A stretch of DNA of 64,000 nucleotides from an uncultured Methanomassiliicoccales archaeon (GCA_963695345.1 OY968769.1:2432001-2496000); one strand, 5' to 3'; positions 31,105 to 44,609 are shown, counted from the stretch's first letter. Made by a program: numbers and translations. The notes: generated by a model not told the origin, from the letters alone.

Positions 31105-31973
31105 ATGATATTCCCGTATAAGGACACTAACTCAAGGATCCATAAGTTGGATGCCCGGCCCAAGATCGTGTTCGTACTGGCAATGTTCGTGATGTCCGTG
31201 CTTCTTTCGGACATCGTCTACCTGGTGATCCTGTTCCTTTTCATCCTGGTGGTGGCGCTCGCCGGCAGGGTGCTCCGCTCCACATTGTCCCTTCTCAAGT
31301 ACACATCGTTCATGATCCCGTTCATATTCCTTTTCAACGTGCTGTTGTCCCAGGGCTATGACGTGATATTCAGCTACGGGATAATCAGGATCACGTCGGA
31401 ATCGATATGGTTCGCAACCAGCATGTGCTTCCGGCTGTTCGTGGCGGTAGGCTCCTTCTCGCTGCTCGCCTTCATCGTGCATCCGGACGAAGCACTCCGG
31501 GCCATGTCAAGGTTCGGCCACAAGACCACAACGTCGTTCTCCCTGGCCACCAGGATGTACCCCACCATAGCGACCGATTCGAAGAACATCATGGACGCCA
31601 TGCGGGTAAGGGGGGTGGAGTTCGATGAGGGGGGAGCGCTCAAGAAGGCCCAGGCCCGCTCACCGGTGGTAATGCCCCTGTTGATGAACTCTCTCGAGCG
31701 GTCGGTAGGGATATCAGAGGCCATGGAGGCGCGCGGATTCGGGTCCGGCAAGAGGACGGCCTACATCATCGCCATGATCACGCCCCGGGAGATCGCCATG
31801 GTGGTCTCGTTCTTCGCGGCGATGGTGTTCGCCGTCGCCATGTTCATACTGGGATATGGACAGGTCGATTACCTGGCCGGTGAGATGACCAGGCCGACCC
31901 TGACCGACTTCGAGATCGTCGGCGTCATATTGCTGTTGCTGGTACGCCAATATTCCTGGGGGGAAAGAAATGA
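31105..31973 (+). CDS. ECF transporter T component
   Basis: HKLDAR.K, AMRVRG and AMEARGF conserved Arg motifs; late frameshift. Confidence 0.88.
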
Positions 31974-33431
31974 TAGAGGTGGATCGGCTCTCTTTCCAGT
32001 ATGTCGGCGCGAGCACCAACTCATTGAGCAATGTGAACCTGCGGATAAAGGAGGGGGAGTTCATCCTGGTGCTGGGTAAATCCGGTTGCGGCAAGTCCAC
32101 CCTTTGCCGTGCGCTGAACGGCCTCATCCCCCATTTCTACGGCGGAAGGATCTCCGGTCACGTGGTCGTCGATGGCATGGACACCAGGCAGCATTCCACC
32201 TGCGACTACGCCAACCTGGTGGGCATGGTGTTCCAGGACCCCGAGAACCAACTGGTCATGACCAATGTGGAGAACGAGATGGCGTTCGGGATGGAGAACA
32301 CCTGCGTTCCCACCGCGATCATGAGGGAGAGGGTGCTCCAATACTCCGAATACCTGGACCTGACCCAGTTCCTGACCCGTTTCATCCCCGAACTGAGCGG
32401 GGGGGAGAAGCAGAAGGTGGCCATGGCATCCATCCTGGCCATGCGGCCGAAGTACATTGTGCTGGACGAACCGACATCCCAGCTGGACGGGGACAATGCC
32501 GTTCTGTTCCTGGAGTTCCTCAAGCAGATGAACCGGGAATTGGGGATATCGGTCATACTGGTCGAGCACCGGGTCGAACGATGCATAGACTATCCCGACA
32601 GGATAATCGTCATGGACCAGGGCTCCATCGTGAAGGATGGACCGCGGGACGAGATGATCGAGTACATGAAAGGAATGGGTCTGCTGAACGCGCCGGAGGG
32701 CCGCAATGTGGCCATCCCCGATGGCAATCCGGATATCATCGAGGCGGAGAACATCAGTTTCGGTTACGAAGGCCGGGAAGTGCTCAAATGCCTGGGACTG
32801 AAGGTGAAGGCCGGAGAGCTGGTCTCCATCACCGGTGACAACGGGAGCGGCAAATCCACCCTGATGAAGAACCTCAATGGACTGCTGCGGCCAAGGACCG
32901 GCGACGTGAAGGTCAACGGCAAGAGCATCTCCGGAATGACATCGGCGTCGATCGCCAAGACCATCGGCTATCTGGGGCAGAACCCTAACGACTACCTGTT
33001 CGAGGAATCGCTCGAGGCGGAGCTCATGTTTACCCTCCGTAACCTCAAGGTGGACCAGAGGGAATGGGATGAGCGGATCCACTGGGCGCTCGGGATCCTG
33101 GATATGGAACGATATCTGAAGCGGTTCCCCCGGGACCTGAGCTGCGGCGAGAGGGAGAGGGCGGCGTTGGCATCGATCCTGGTGGCCAGACCCAAGGTCC
33201 TGATACTCGACGAGCCGACCAGGGGTCTGGACCAGTGGAACAAGGCCAAGCTGGGGGATATCCTCGGCAAGCTCCGCTGCAGAGGGGCAGACCACCATCC
33301 TGGTCACCCACGATTACCGTTTCATCGCCGAATACTCCAGCCGGGTGCTCCGTTTGAAGGACGGGTGCCTGACGGAGATCTCCCTGGACGACATGATGGC
33401 CATGGCCAGGGAAGAGCTGGGGGTGGTCTGA
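31970..33431 (+). CDS. ECF transporter tandem ATPase (A-A' fusion; frameshift near 33290)
   Basis: Two ABC cassettes: GKSGCGKST/FQDPENQ/LSGGEKQ/LDEPT and GDNGSGKST/QNPND/LSCGE/LDEPT. Confidence 0.9.
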
Positions 33432-34216
33432 ATGGAGACCGATACGATGGATACCGTGAGCGTCAGGACGCATTCGCGGGTCACCTACAAGTCATTGGTC
33501 CCGACCTTCGCGACCATCATCGTGGGGGCGTTCATTCTCTATCTCACGTTCGTCAACTCATCGGAGCTGAAGACCTATGCGGCCTTGCTCACGAACGCCT
33601 TCATGCTGCTCCTGCTGATCACGTTCTTCGGCCGGTTCGAGGAGACGTCGGTAAGCTCGAAGGAGGTGGCCCTGATCGGCATCCTCGGAGCCATCATCGC
33701 CGCCTCCCGCATCCCGTTCGCAGCCATTCCCAACGTGCAGCCGTGCACCTTCCTGATCATGGCGGTCGGTCTGGTCTTCGGACCGCTGGCCGGGTTCATG
33801 GTGGGGGGCACGACCGCCATCGTCTCCAACCTCTTCCTCGGGATGGGGCCCTGGACGATCTGGCAGATGGCGGGATGGGGCTTGGTCGGCTTCGTCTCCG
33901 GACTCATCGGAAAGAAGAAGCAAGGAAATGAGCGTGGCCAAGATGGCCATCCTCTGCTTCGCGCTCGGCTGGATGTACAATGAGGTGCTTGACTTCAGCA
34001 GCTGGGTTTGGTTGTATAACATGGACCTGGCGAAGTTCCGTTTCATGTTCGGCGCAGGGCCTGCCTTTCGGACTATTGCACGCCGGAGGCAACGTCGTCT
34101 TCACCTGCGCTATCGGAAAACCGGTCCTGCGCGCGTTCCGTCGTTTCCAGTCCCGGTTCCAGGTGACCTACGTGGACAAGGTCCGTTCGCCCGCCGTCAT
34201 TCCGGATGAGGTTTGA
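33432..34216 (+). CDS. ECF S component, CbrT-like (cobalamin); frameshifted
   Basis: SSKEVALIG...R......PNVQP...SNLFLGMGPWTIWQM is characteristic of the CbrT-type S component. Confidence 0.78.
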
Positions 34217-36309
34217 CCGCCGGCCTTAGCATGTCCATGAGCTCGTCCAGGTCATGCGTCGGTTTGAGACAGCTGCCGTTCTGGCACAGATAGGCGGTCG
34301 GTCTTCCCGTCGATAGGGACCTTGTCCCTCAGGCTGGAGAGGTTCTTGCACTCGGCCAGTTTCTTTTCCCGAACCGGATGGAGCATCACGATCGAATAGG
34401 GAAGGTAGATGGAATTGACCGCGTCTATCATCGCCTTTGTCCGTTTATCGCCCGGGTCGCCCGCTATGACCAGTACCTGGGCTGGCTTCAGCATCATCCT
34501 CAGCCCCATGATGAAGAAGGACAATGCGTCGGGGACCTTGGACAGGTAGAAATCGTAGTACCTGGCGGAGCTAGTCGCCGCCTCGAGCAGCTTCTGGTCG
34601 TCGATCATCGAGGAAAGCAAGGCAAGGTCATAGGCCATGACCGAATTGGCCGAAGGCACGGCACCGTCGGATATCTCCTTGCTCAGATAGCACCAGGTCT
34701 TCCTTGGCCATGGAGTTGTAGAAGCCTCCCCTTTCGTCGCCGAACAGATCGATGGTCCTCCTCGTGTAATCGACCGCCCGGTTCAGGTAACGTACCTCGA
34801 AGGTGGCCTGGTAAAGCTCCAGCAGCCCCCAGATGTAGTAGGAATGGTCGGAGAGCATGCCGTTGACCCTCGCCTCCCCGTCACGGTACATATGGAACAG
34901 GCCGCCCTCCGGTGACGCCAGGAACCCTTCGATCGCATCCACCGCCCGCTTGGCCGCCTGCAGGTAACGTTCCTGCCCGAAGGCCCTTCCCGCTTTGGCC
35001 AAGGCGGCGATCATGAGGCCGTTCCAATCGGTCAGGACCTTGTCGTCACGGGCCGGCCGGATCCGCAGCTCGCGGACCGCCTTCAGCCTTTCCACGCATG
35101 TTTCCAGGTAGTCGGTCAGCTCGGCCGGGCTCATGTCGAACTTGGCCGCCAGGGTGGCAATGGTCGGCGGTCAGGTGCAGGAGGTTGCGATCGATGTCGC
35201 CCTCCCTGCCAGAACCGATGGTTCCCTCGGGATGCACATCGAAGCATTCCATGAAGATCTCGGGCCTCAGGTCCTTCAGCACATCCTCGATCTCTTCGTA
35301 GGTCCAGGTGTAGAACTTTCCTTCCACGCCCTCGCTGTCGGCATCCTCCGAGGCACAGAAGGCCCCCCTGCTCGGAAACCAGGTCCTTGAGGACATACTC
35401 GATCGTCGTCCTCTGCGACCTTCTTGAAATCGTCCTTGCCGGTGGCCTGATATGCCTCCACGTACGCGATGCAGATCAATGCCTGGTCATAGAGCATCTT
35501 TTCGAAATGAGGCATGATCCATTGTTCGTCGGTGGAATATCGGTGGAATCCCCCTCCGATATGGTCATGGATGCCCCCCAAGCATCATGTTGGTGAGGGT
35601 CCAGTCGGCCATTCTCAGGGCTTCGGCATCACCGGTGTCATGCCAATAGCGGAGAAGGAAGATGGATTTGTGCGGGATCGGGAACTTGGGCGACTTCTCG
35701 AATCCTCCGATACTTCTCCTCGTACGTCTTCTTCAAACCCCTAAAGGCATCATCCAGATAGTTGACGCTCGGCTCGCCCGGCCTGACGATCTCCATGGCG
35801 GCGATGTCCTTGACGATGGTCGAGGTGATGGATTGGATCTCTCCCTGCTCTTCCCTCCAGGCGGCGGAGATGGCATTCAGTACGGTGATTATATCCGACA
35901 TTCCGAACTGTCCGTTCCTGCGGAATGTAGGTCGCGGCGAAGAAAGGTATCTTCTCCGGCGTCATTACGATGGTCAGCGGCCAACCTCCGCCTCCGGTCA
36001 TGGCCTGGCATGCCTTCATGTAAAGCTCATCGATGTCCGGCCGCTCCTCCCGGTCGACCTTGATCGCCACATATTCCGCGTTGAGCGTTCTCGCGACCTC
36101 CTCGTCCTCGAACGACTCCCTCTCCATGACGTGACACCAATGGCAGGCCGAATAGCCTATGGAAAGGAAGATCGGCCTTCCGGTCCGCTTCGCCTCCGAG
36201 AAGGCCTCCTCACCCCAAGGATACCAATCCACCGGGTTGTGGGAGTGCATGATGAGATATGGGCTCTTCTCGTTCACAAATGGTTGGAGTGTTGCGGCTT
36301 CGGCTCCAT
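34197..36309 (-). CDS. Thioredoxin domain plus six-hairpin glycosidase-like protein (YyaL/SSP411, DUF255); several frameshifts
   Basis: [76 protein letters not shown]. Confidence 0.9.
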
Positions 36310-36931
36310 GGACTACCTTCAGGGGAAGATTCATCAAATGAATAAATTAACCTATGTATGCTGGATGATAGAAAGAGTGATTGTTCTAGGTCAAATAATC
36401 TAAAAAGGTAGAGGTCACGTGGGACCTCATACCTCGGTTTAGAAGGCGTTTGGAGTTGGTTGGGCCGGTGGCTCACCGCTCCTATGCGATCCTCTCCTCC
36501 TAAGAAAGTCCGCTTTTCGTTACCTCGAACGATTGCCAGTCTATCTTCGTCGGCTGGCTAACAAAGCCAATGCGTTGGTCGATATTTATGCTTTTCCGGC
36601 TTTCTTGGGTCGATTGGATTATGTTGACGTGTTTTTATTTGAAATATTTTCAGATCTGGCTTGTGAATCTGTGGATGGATTAACCATCCCGTTATTCGAT
36701 AATTATAGTTACTATAATATTAATGTGTGCATACGAACGAAGAAAAACGATCAGAGCATTTGGACGATATCCATTGGTTGTTCAAGGCATATTTTCCAGA
36801 TGCGCGGTCCTGACATGGCCTCGGCCGCTCAGATCAGGAGTCAATCCCTCTCCGATCGTCCGCCTGATCTTCTTCAATCTCGCGACCGCATGAAGGGGAT
36901 GTGCAGAGATGGACGCGGCTCGGTCATGAGC

Positions 36932-38386
36932 TCAGCGGGTCACTCTGTCAATCAGTTGCTTCTCCTTGTTATAGACCGAGATCTCCAGAGGCATCTGACC
37001 GACTGCGAAGTGGGTGGCGCACCCGAAGCAGGGGTCGTAGGCCCGGAAGGCCATCTCCACCTTGTTCAGTATGTTCTCGTCCACCTTTCCTCCGTGTATC
37101 AGGCCCTTGGCGGCATCGCGGATGCTCATGCAGATCGCCGGATAGTTGTTGGTGGTGGCGACGATCATGTTGACGTTCCTGCACCAGGGCGTTCTCGTCC
37201 AGCCGGTAGTGGTGGATGAGCGTTCCTCTGGCCGCCTCGACGATGCCGACACCCTCGCCTGGCTCTCCCGGCTTGTTCCGTACGTCGGTGCTGGTGATCT
37301 CCGGGTCGCTCGCCAGTTCGACGGCGCGTTCGGCCGCGTACAGCAGCTCGATGAGCCGGGCCCAGTGGAAGACCAGGGTGCCATGCGCCGGCTTGCCCAG
37401 CATCGCGAACATCCGCTCGTACTCCTGCCTGAGCCAGGGGTGTGGCCATCCCGTCCGCGGCGTTCAGCCGGCCAGGGGACCGACCCTGTAGATGCCATTG
37501 TCCGGTCCGTCGGTGAAGCCGTTCCACCCGACCTTCCGCAGGAAGGGGAACTTGGAGTAGGTCCACTCCTCCGAGCGCTCCTCGATATGCTCGGCGTAGT
37601 CGGCCGCCCCGAACCGGGAGAACTCCTTGCCTGAAGGGTCGACCACCCGGACCTCGCCATCGTAGAAGTTGACGCGGTTCTTCGCGTCCACCATTCCCAT
37701 GTAATAGGTCCTCATGGTGTAGGCGTCGCTCTTGATCATGTCCAGGTACTTCGGGTTGTCCAGCACCAGGTCGTGGAACAGCTGCAGCGTGAACTGGGCG
37801 AAGTTCACCGAGGACTTGGCCATCTCCAGTATGGCGAGTCGGATCTCCTCGCTGAGCGGCTTGCTCATCCCGCCGGGCAGTCCGCTGACCGGATGGGTGG
37901 CCTTACCGCCGATGATCTCGGTGATCTTCTGGCCATAGGCGCGGTGCTTGATCACCTCCTTGGCGACGTCCAGCCCCGCCTTCTCGATCACGCCCAGGAT
38001 GTTGCGCTTCTCCGCCGGCGCATCCGGTCCGACGATGAAGTCCGGTCCGCCCAGATAGTAGAAGTGCAGCGTATGGTCGTAGATGATGTAGCCCATGTAC
38101 TGGAGCTCCCTCAGCTTCTTCGCGGCCGAAGGCGGAGTCGACCTGGAACGCCGCGTCCAAGGCCTTGACCGAGGCGTAGATGGTGGGCCACCGGGCACAC
38201 CCCGCATATCCTGGTGGTGATGATGGGCATGAGCTCGGCTGGGCGGCCGACGCAGAAGGCCTCGAAGCCCCTGAGCTCAGGGACCTTGAGGTATGCGTTC
38301 TCCACCTCACCATCGTCGTTGAGGAAGATGGACACGCTGCCGTGCCCTTCCAGCCTGGTGATCGGGTCGATGTTGATCTCCTTCAT
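36932..38386 (-). CDS. mvhA: [NiFe]-hydrogenase large subunit, group 3c (MvhA-like); frameshifted
   Basis: IDPITRLEGHG, L1 motif RICGVCPVAH, EAARGTLIHHY, L2 motif RAYDPCFGCATH with a cleavable C-terminal tail. Confidence 0.92.
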
Positions 38387-39361
38387 TCTTTCATCACCTT
38401 CCTTTGCAGGATGGACGCCGGCAGGCTGTACATGTAGAATATGCCCACCGGGTCCTTGATCTGCGATATGAGCTTGGTCGACTTCCTCGTCAGTGTACGT
38501 TCCCGGCTCCTTGTCCAGGTTCAGGATGGAGGCCAGTGCCGTGATCATTCCCGCTCCCATGTCGGGCTGGTTGGGCGCCGCACCGCCGCAGCCGGTGCAG
38601 GGCATGTCCACCTTGAGGCACTGGGCTCCGCAGCCGCTGCGGGTGGCCATCCCCATGCATATGATGCCCTGCTCCATCAGGCAGCGCTCCGGTTCCGGGG
38701 TGATCTCGTACACCCGGTGGATGCTGGAGATCTTCTTGTTCTCCCGCTTGCGGGGGCATTGGTCGCACACCGCCGGCAACGGCGCCAGGACCGAGCCCTT
38801 GGGAGGCAGTTCGTTCTTCACGATAGCTTCCAACGCCTTGTTGATGAGAACGACCGGCGGCGGGCAGCCAGGCAGGAAGTAGTCGACATCGACGGTCTGG
38901 TCCAGCGTCCTGACGGTATCGTAGAACATCGGAATGTCGAAGCGTACCCTCCTTCACGGCGGTCTCGGCTCGGGATAATGCGCCGTCGTCCGTGAACTTC
39001 GTTGCGAGTAGACCTGCTCCAGTATGCCCTTGGCATCGCTGAGGTTCGCCAGTCCGGGCACGGAACCCTCGTTGGCGCATGATCCGAAGGCGACCAGGGT
39101 CTGGGATTTGGAGCGGAGCAGCTTCGCCATGTGCTCCTGCTCGCTGTTCCGTATCGAGCCGTTGAAGAACGTGATGTCGATGTGACCGTCCGGCATCGCC
39201 TCGACGTCCTTGTACTTGACGTCCATCGCCACCGGCCAGAAGACGATGTCCACCGACCTTGACGACATCGAGAATCGTCTCGTTGATGTCCAGGACGGCT
39301 ATCTCGCAGCCGCCGCAGCTGGCCGCCCAGTAGAACGCTACTCCTCAGTTTCCGGTCGATG
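38383..39361 (-). CDS. mvhG: [NiFe]-hydrogenase small subunit (MvhG-like); frameshifted
   Basis: FYWAASCGGCE, AFGSCA, PGCPP, CDQCPR, CLMEQGIICMG.ATRSGCGAQC..PCTGCGG. ATGA overlap with mvhA. Confidence 0.9.
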
Positions 39362-39362
39362 T

Positions 39363-40805
39363 TCACTCCCCCTCTTGTGCTCTCGTTCATGAGATATTCG
39401 TGCATCGCCTTGGCAGCACGCTTCCCTGCCCCCATGGCACTGATGACGGTGGCAGCACCGGTGGCCACGTCACCGCCGGCGAACACGCCCTTCAGGTTGG
39501 TCCGTCCCTCTGCATCGACGATGATGGTGCCGTTTCGCGGATTGGTCACCAGCCCCTCGGTGGTGCGCTGGATGATGGGGTTCGGCGTCTGGCCGATGGC
39601 GACGATGACGGTATCGGCCGGGATCTCGAAATCCGAACAGACAATGGGCTTGACACCCTGCCTGCCCCTGTTCGTCCGGTTCTGTCAGCTCCATGCAGGT
39701 GCATCTCATGGACTTGACCCAGCCCTTCTCGTCACCGTAGAACTCGATCGGGGCGCTGAGGAACTTGCACATCAACCCTTCCTCCTCGGCGTTCTCGATC
39801 TCCTCCCTCCTGGCTGGCAGCTCGTTCCGCGAACGCCGGTAGTTCAGGCAGACCGTCGCCCCTAGCCTCATGGATATGCGGGCGCAGTCCATGGCCACGT
39901 TCCCTCCGCCGATGACGACCACGTGCTTGCCGATGCGGATCGGGGTGTCCTTTTCCGGGAAGTCGTAGGCCTTCATCAGGTTGACCCGGATGAGGAACTC
40001 GTTGGCCGAGTAGATGCCGCCCAGGTTCTCACCGGGGCATCCGGTCCACTGCGGGAGGCCGGCCCCGCTGCCGATGAATATCGCATCGTAACCGTTCTCC
40101 AACAGTTCCGGGATGGTGTGTATCCTCCCGATGAGATTGCCCAGTCGCAGGTCCACCCCCAGCTTCTGCACGTACTCGATCTCCTTCTGGACGATCTCCT
40201 TGGGCAGACGGAACTCCGGGATGCCATAGCTGAGCACACCGCCGGCCACATGCAGCGCCTCGAACAACGTCACCTCATGACCTAGTCTTGCCAGGTCGGA
40301 TGCTGCCGTCAATCCCGCCGGGCCGGCACCGATGACCGCCACCTTCTTTCCGGTTGGAGGCACCTTCTCCGGGATCTGCACTCCATGCTCCCTCTCCCAG
40401 TCGGCCAGGAACCTCTCGAGGCGTCCGATGTTGACCGGATCGCCCTTCTTGCCCTTAATGCACTTCATCTGGCACTGCTCCTCCTGCGGGCAGACGCGTC
40501 CGCAGACGGCGGGAAGGGCGTTCTTTGACTTTATGATCGCAATGCCTTCGGCGTACTTTCCCTCAAGGATGCAGTCGATGAACTCCGGGATAGGCACGTC
40601 CACGGGGCAGCCTTTCCGGCATTGGGGGTTCTTGCACTTGCAGGCACCGGGCCGCCTCTTTCAGGGCCATCTCCTCGGTGTAGCCAAGAGCGACCTCGCT
40701 GAAGTTCTTGACCCGCTCGTCAGGCTCCTGCCTCGGCATCGGCACGTCCTCGTCCGTCGTAGCCCGGGCGCGTCCTCTCTTCTTCTCAGGCTCAGTACCG
40801 TTCAC
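39363..40805 (-). CDS. nfnB: NfnB/SudA (GltD-like) FAD/NADPH flavoprotein with 2 [4Fe-4S] clusters; frameshifted
   Basis: NFSEVALGY..EAARCL.C....C..GCP, CGRVCPQEEQC, GAGPAG, YGIPEFRLPK, GGGNVAMD, YRRSR, FAGGDVATGAATVI. Confidence 0.88.
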
Positions 40806-41638
40806 ACTTGCAGCCTCCGTTCGTTTCCCAAAGCATGGAACTCAACCTCTCTTCCGGGAGCATGGTGCGCTGGCGTTTGATGAGCTCGTCGAAGTTGGTC
40901 TCGTGCCCGTCGAACTCGGGGCCATCCACGCAACCGAACATCATCTTGTCGCCCACGGTCACACGGCAGACACCGCACATGCCCATGCCATCGATCATGA
41001 TCGGGGTCAAGGTCACAATGGTCGGGATGCCGTAGGGGCTGGGTCATCTCGCTCACCTCTTTCATCATCACCACCGGTCCCATGACCACGCACCGGTCGA
41101 ATCTCTCCGTCTGGAGGAGATCGTTCAGGAAAGCCAATCCCATTTTCCCCGCAGTCCCATCGTCCGAGGCGATGTGGACCTGATCGCTGTTTGCCATGGC
41201 CTCCTCCTTCATGAAAAGCAGATCGCTGCTCCTGCAGCCAAGGACCGTAGTCACATGGTTTCCTGCCGCCTTCAAGGCCTTGGCCTGAAGCAGCAACGGG
41301 GCGATCATTATGCTTCCGCCCACGCACAGCACCTTCCCGAAAGTTCCTGATCTCGGAAGGATTGCCCAACGGTCCGGTGACGTTGAACAGGCAGTCGCCC
41401 TGGTTGAACGTGCCCAGCTCCTTGGTGGTCTTGCCGACCTCATGGAAGGCGAATGAAACCGTTCCTTTCTCCGCGTCGTAATCACAGATGGTAAGGGGTA
41501 CTCTCTCCCCTCCCGTTTTCGCTATGACGATCAGGAATTGCCCCGGCTGAGCTTTGGCGGCGATCTCCGGGGCCTCGACCTCGAACAGGGTCATCTTGTA
41601 GCTGAGCGCCTTTTGGACAATATCTTGTATGTCATCAT
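40792..41638 (-). CDS. nfnA: NfnA/SudB (FNR-family FAD plus [2Fe-2S] subunit); frameshifted
   Basis: AQPGQF, GERVPLTI, GPLG, MIDGMGMCGVCRV...CVDGPEFDGH. Confidence 0.88.
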
Positions 41639-42850
41639 TCCGCCTCCCTTTGTAGCGGTATCTTTGGCATACGGCATGGTTGCGATCCTCTCGAAGAAAG
41701 CCTCGAACTTCTGGCTGAATTCGCCCTCACATCTCGGCGAGAGCTCGTGTATCTCGAACCGATCGAGCAATCCTGCTTCTTCAGAAAGGCTGTGAGGACC
41801 TCGAGCTGCCTTTCTGAGGTGTCTCTTCCCTGCTGGAGCTTGCAGTCCTTCGCCGAGCAGACTACCGCCATGACGCCGTCGAAGCCCTGCTCGAAGGCGC
41901 TAACCACCTGCACCGGGTCCATTCCCTTGAAGCAAGGTACCTCCATGACAAGAGCGTTCTTCCCTTGGAGCATCTTCTCCGGATCGTCCAGAGCTGAGTA
42001 CTCCGACCACTGGCAGCTGAGGATCAAGATGGCAGGTCTGCCGTCTCTGGCCCTTATCCTCTGTGCCGCGGCTCCATAGGATGCGATGAGATCTTTGAAC
42101 TCATATCCTTTGACGTGGATGGCGTTGTGCGGACAGACCAGCTGACAGGCACCACAGCCCATGCATTTCTCGGCATCCGTGGAAGGCGTGGAGAACGGTT
42201 CTGACTTGATGGCTCCGTAGGGGCATACGAACACGCATTTGCCGCAACCGACGCACTCACTGTTGTTCCTGACCACCTTTCGAGAATACTTCACGACCTT
42301 CAGCGCATCATCGGGATAGCCGAGCTGCTTGATGACCGCCTCGCCAAGTAGCATGCGCCTTGTCCCGATCCCGGTGCCTTCCTTCATACGGCAGAATCCG
42401 TCATGGCACTGGATAGAGATGATGTTCTTCACGCCCGACTTCAGGGCATTGAAAATGAAATCCGTCGGGATCCTTCCGGCGCATGGGATGCGCAAGGGCA
42501 GATAACCCTCCACCTTCAGGCCCCTGTCCGGCAAGGATGTCCTCGACCTCGCCGCTGCTGGGCGAGTTGCCCCTGCACATCATAACCAGCGTATCCGCGC
42601 ATAGGTTCTTTCGTGCCGATATGACGTAATCGAGCAGGTCCCCATAATCGTAGTATGACATCTCGATGGCCGAGACGGGACAGGCACTATAGCATATCCC
42701 GCAGACCTGACACTTTTGGATGTCTATGCTCAGTTTACCGCCATCGGGCTGACGGTCAATGGCCTCGAACGGACAAAGCGAGAAGCAAACCGTGCATCGG
42801 CTACAGAGGTCTTGGTCAATTCTAACGGCTGCAAGGCAGTTATCGTTCAT
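41635..42850 (-). CDS. Tandem (2x[4Fe-4S] ferredoxin + MvhD-like) x2 iron-sulfur protein; frameshifted
   Basis: Four CxxCxxCxxxCP motifs and two MvhD-like units (MMC..RIPCAGR..QCHDGFC; LSCQWS..VPCFKG..VCSAKDC). Confidence 0.82.
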
Positions 42851-43222
42851 ACCTGATATCCCCCTCAGGGTCGAAGAAATTCTGTGGCCGGGACATGTAA
42901 TCCAGACCGTAGAGGGCGCATAGACATCAACTTATTTATTGGATAGCTTTGGTCCATCCGCCGTTCACTGCAAAAGAGTCCTCGCGGAATCTTTACAGTA
43001 GCAGAGGTTGGATAATGGGTAGATTATATAATGAGTACTATCGAAGGTTCGTGAATGGTTTAGGTTACATTATTATGTGTCGAAATATTTCCTGGATATG
43101 GTAATAAAAATATATGCGTGGCTAAAATTAAATAGACGCATAAACATTAATTATATGAAAATTGAGACATCTATCGCGTAATTGCCGTAAGGAATCATTC
43201 AAAGCACCGTTTTTGAATAGAT

Positions 43223-43231
43223 ATTATATAA
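43223..43231 (+). promoter_or_regulatory. Probable TATA box for gdhA
   Basis: ATTATATAA about 40 bp upstream of the ATG. A second palindromic ATTATATAAT lies at 43023-43032. Confidence 0.5.
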
Positions 43232-43269
43232 GAAAAATTCCATTCCGAATCTTGTAGGAGCGTCATTAG

Positions 43270-44609
<1,340 letters not shown>

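Noticed and set aside
38111-38929. Apparent MvhG-MvhA fusion ORF
   Set aside because: An indel artefact. The corrected frame ends in ATGA overlapping the mvhA start at 38386.
41600-41780. Possible in-frame fusion of the Fd-MvhD protein to NfnA
   Set aside because: One correction would fuse them, but a GGAGG RBS precedes the nfnA ATG and local indels make the frame undeterminable.
43180-43260. NrpR operator (GGAA-N6-TTCC) before gdhA
   Set aside because: Only half-sites are present, with the wrong spacing.
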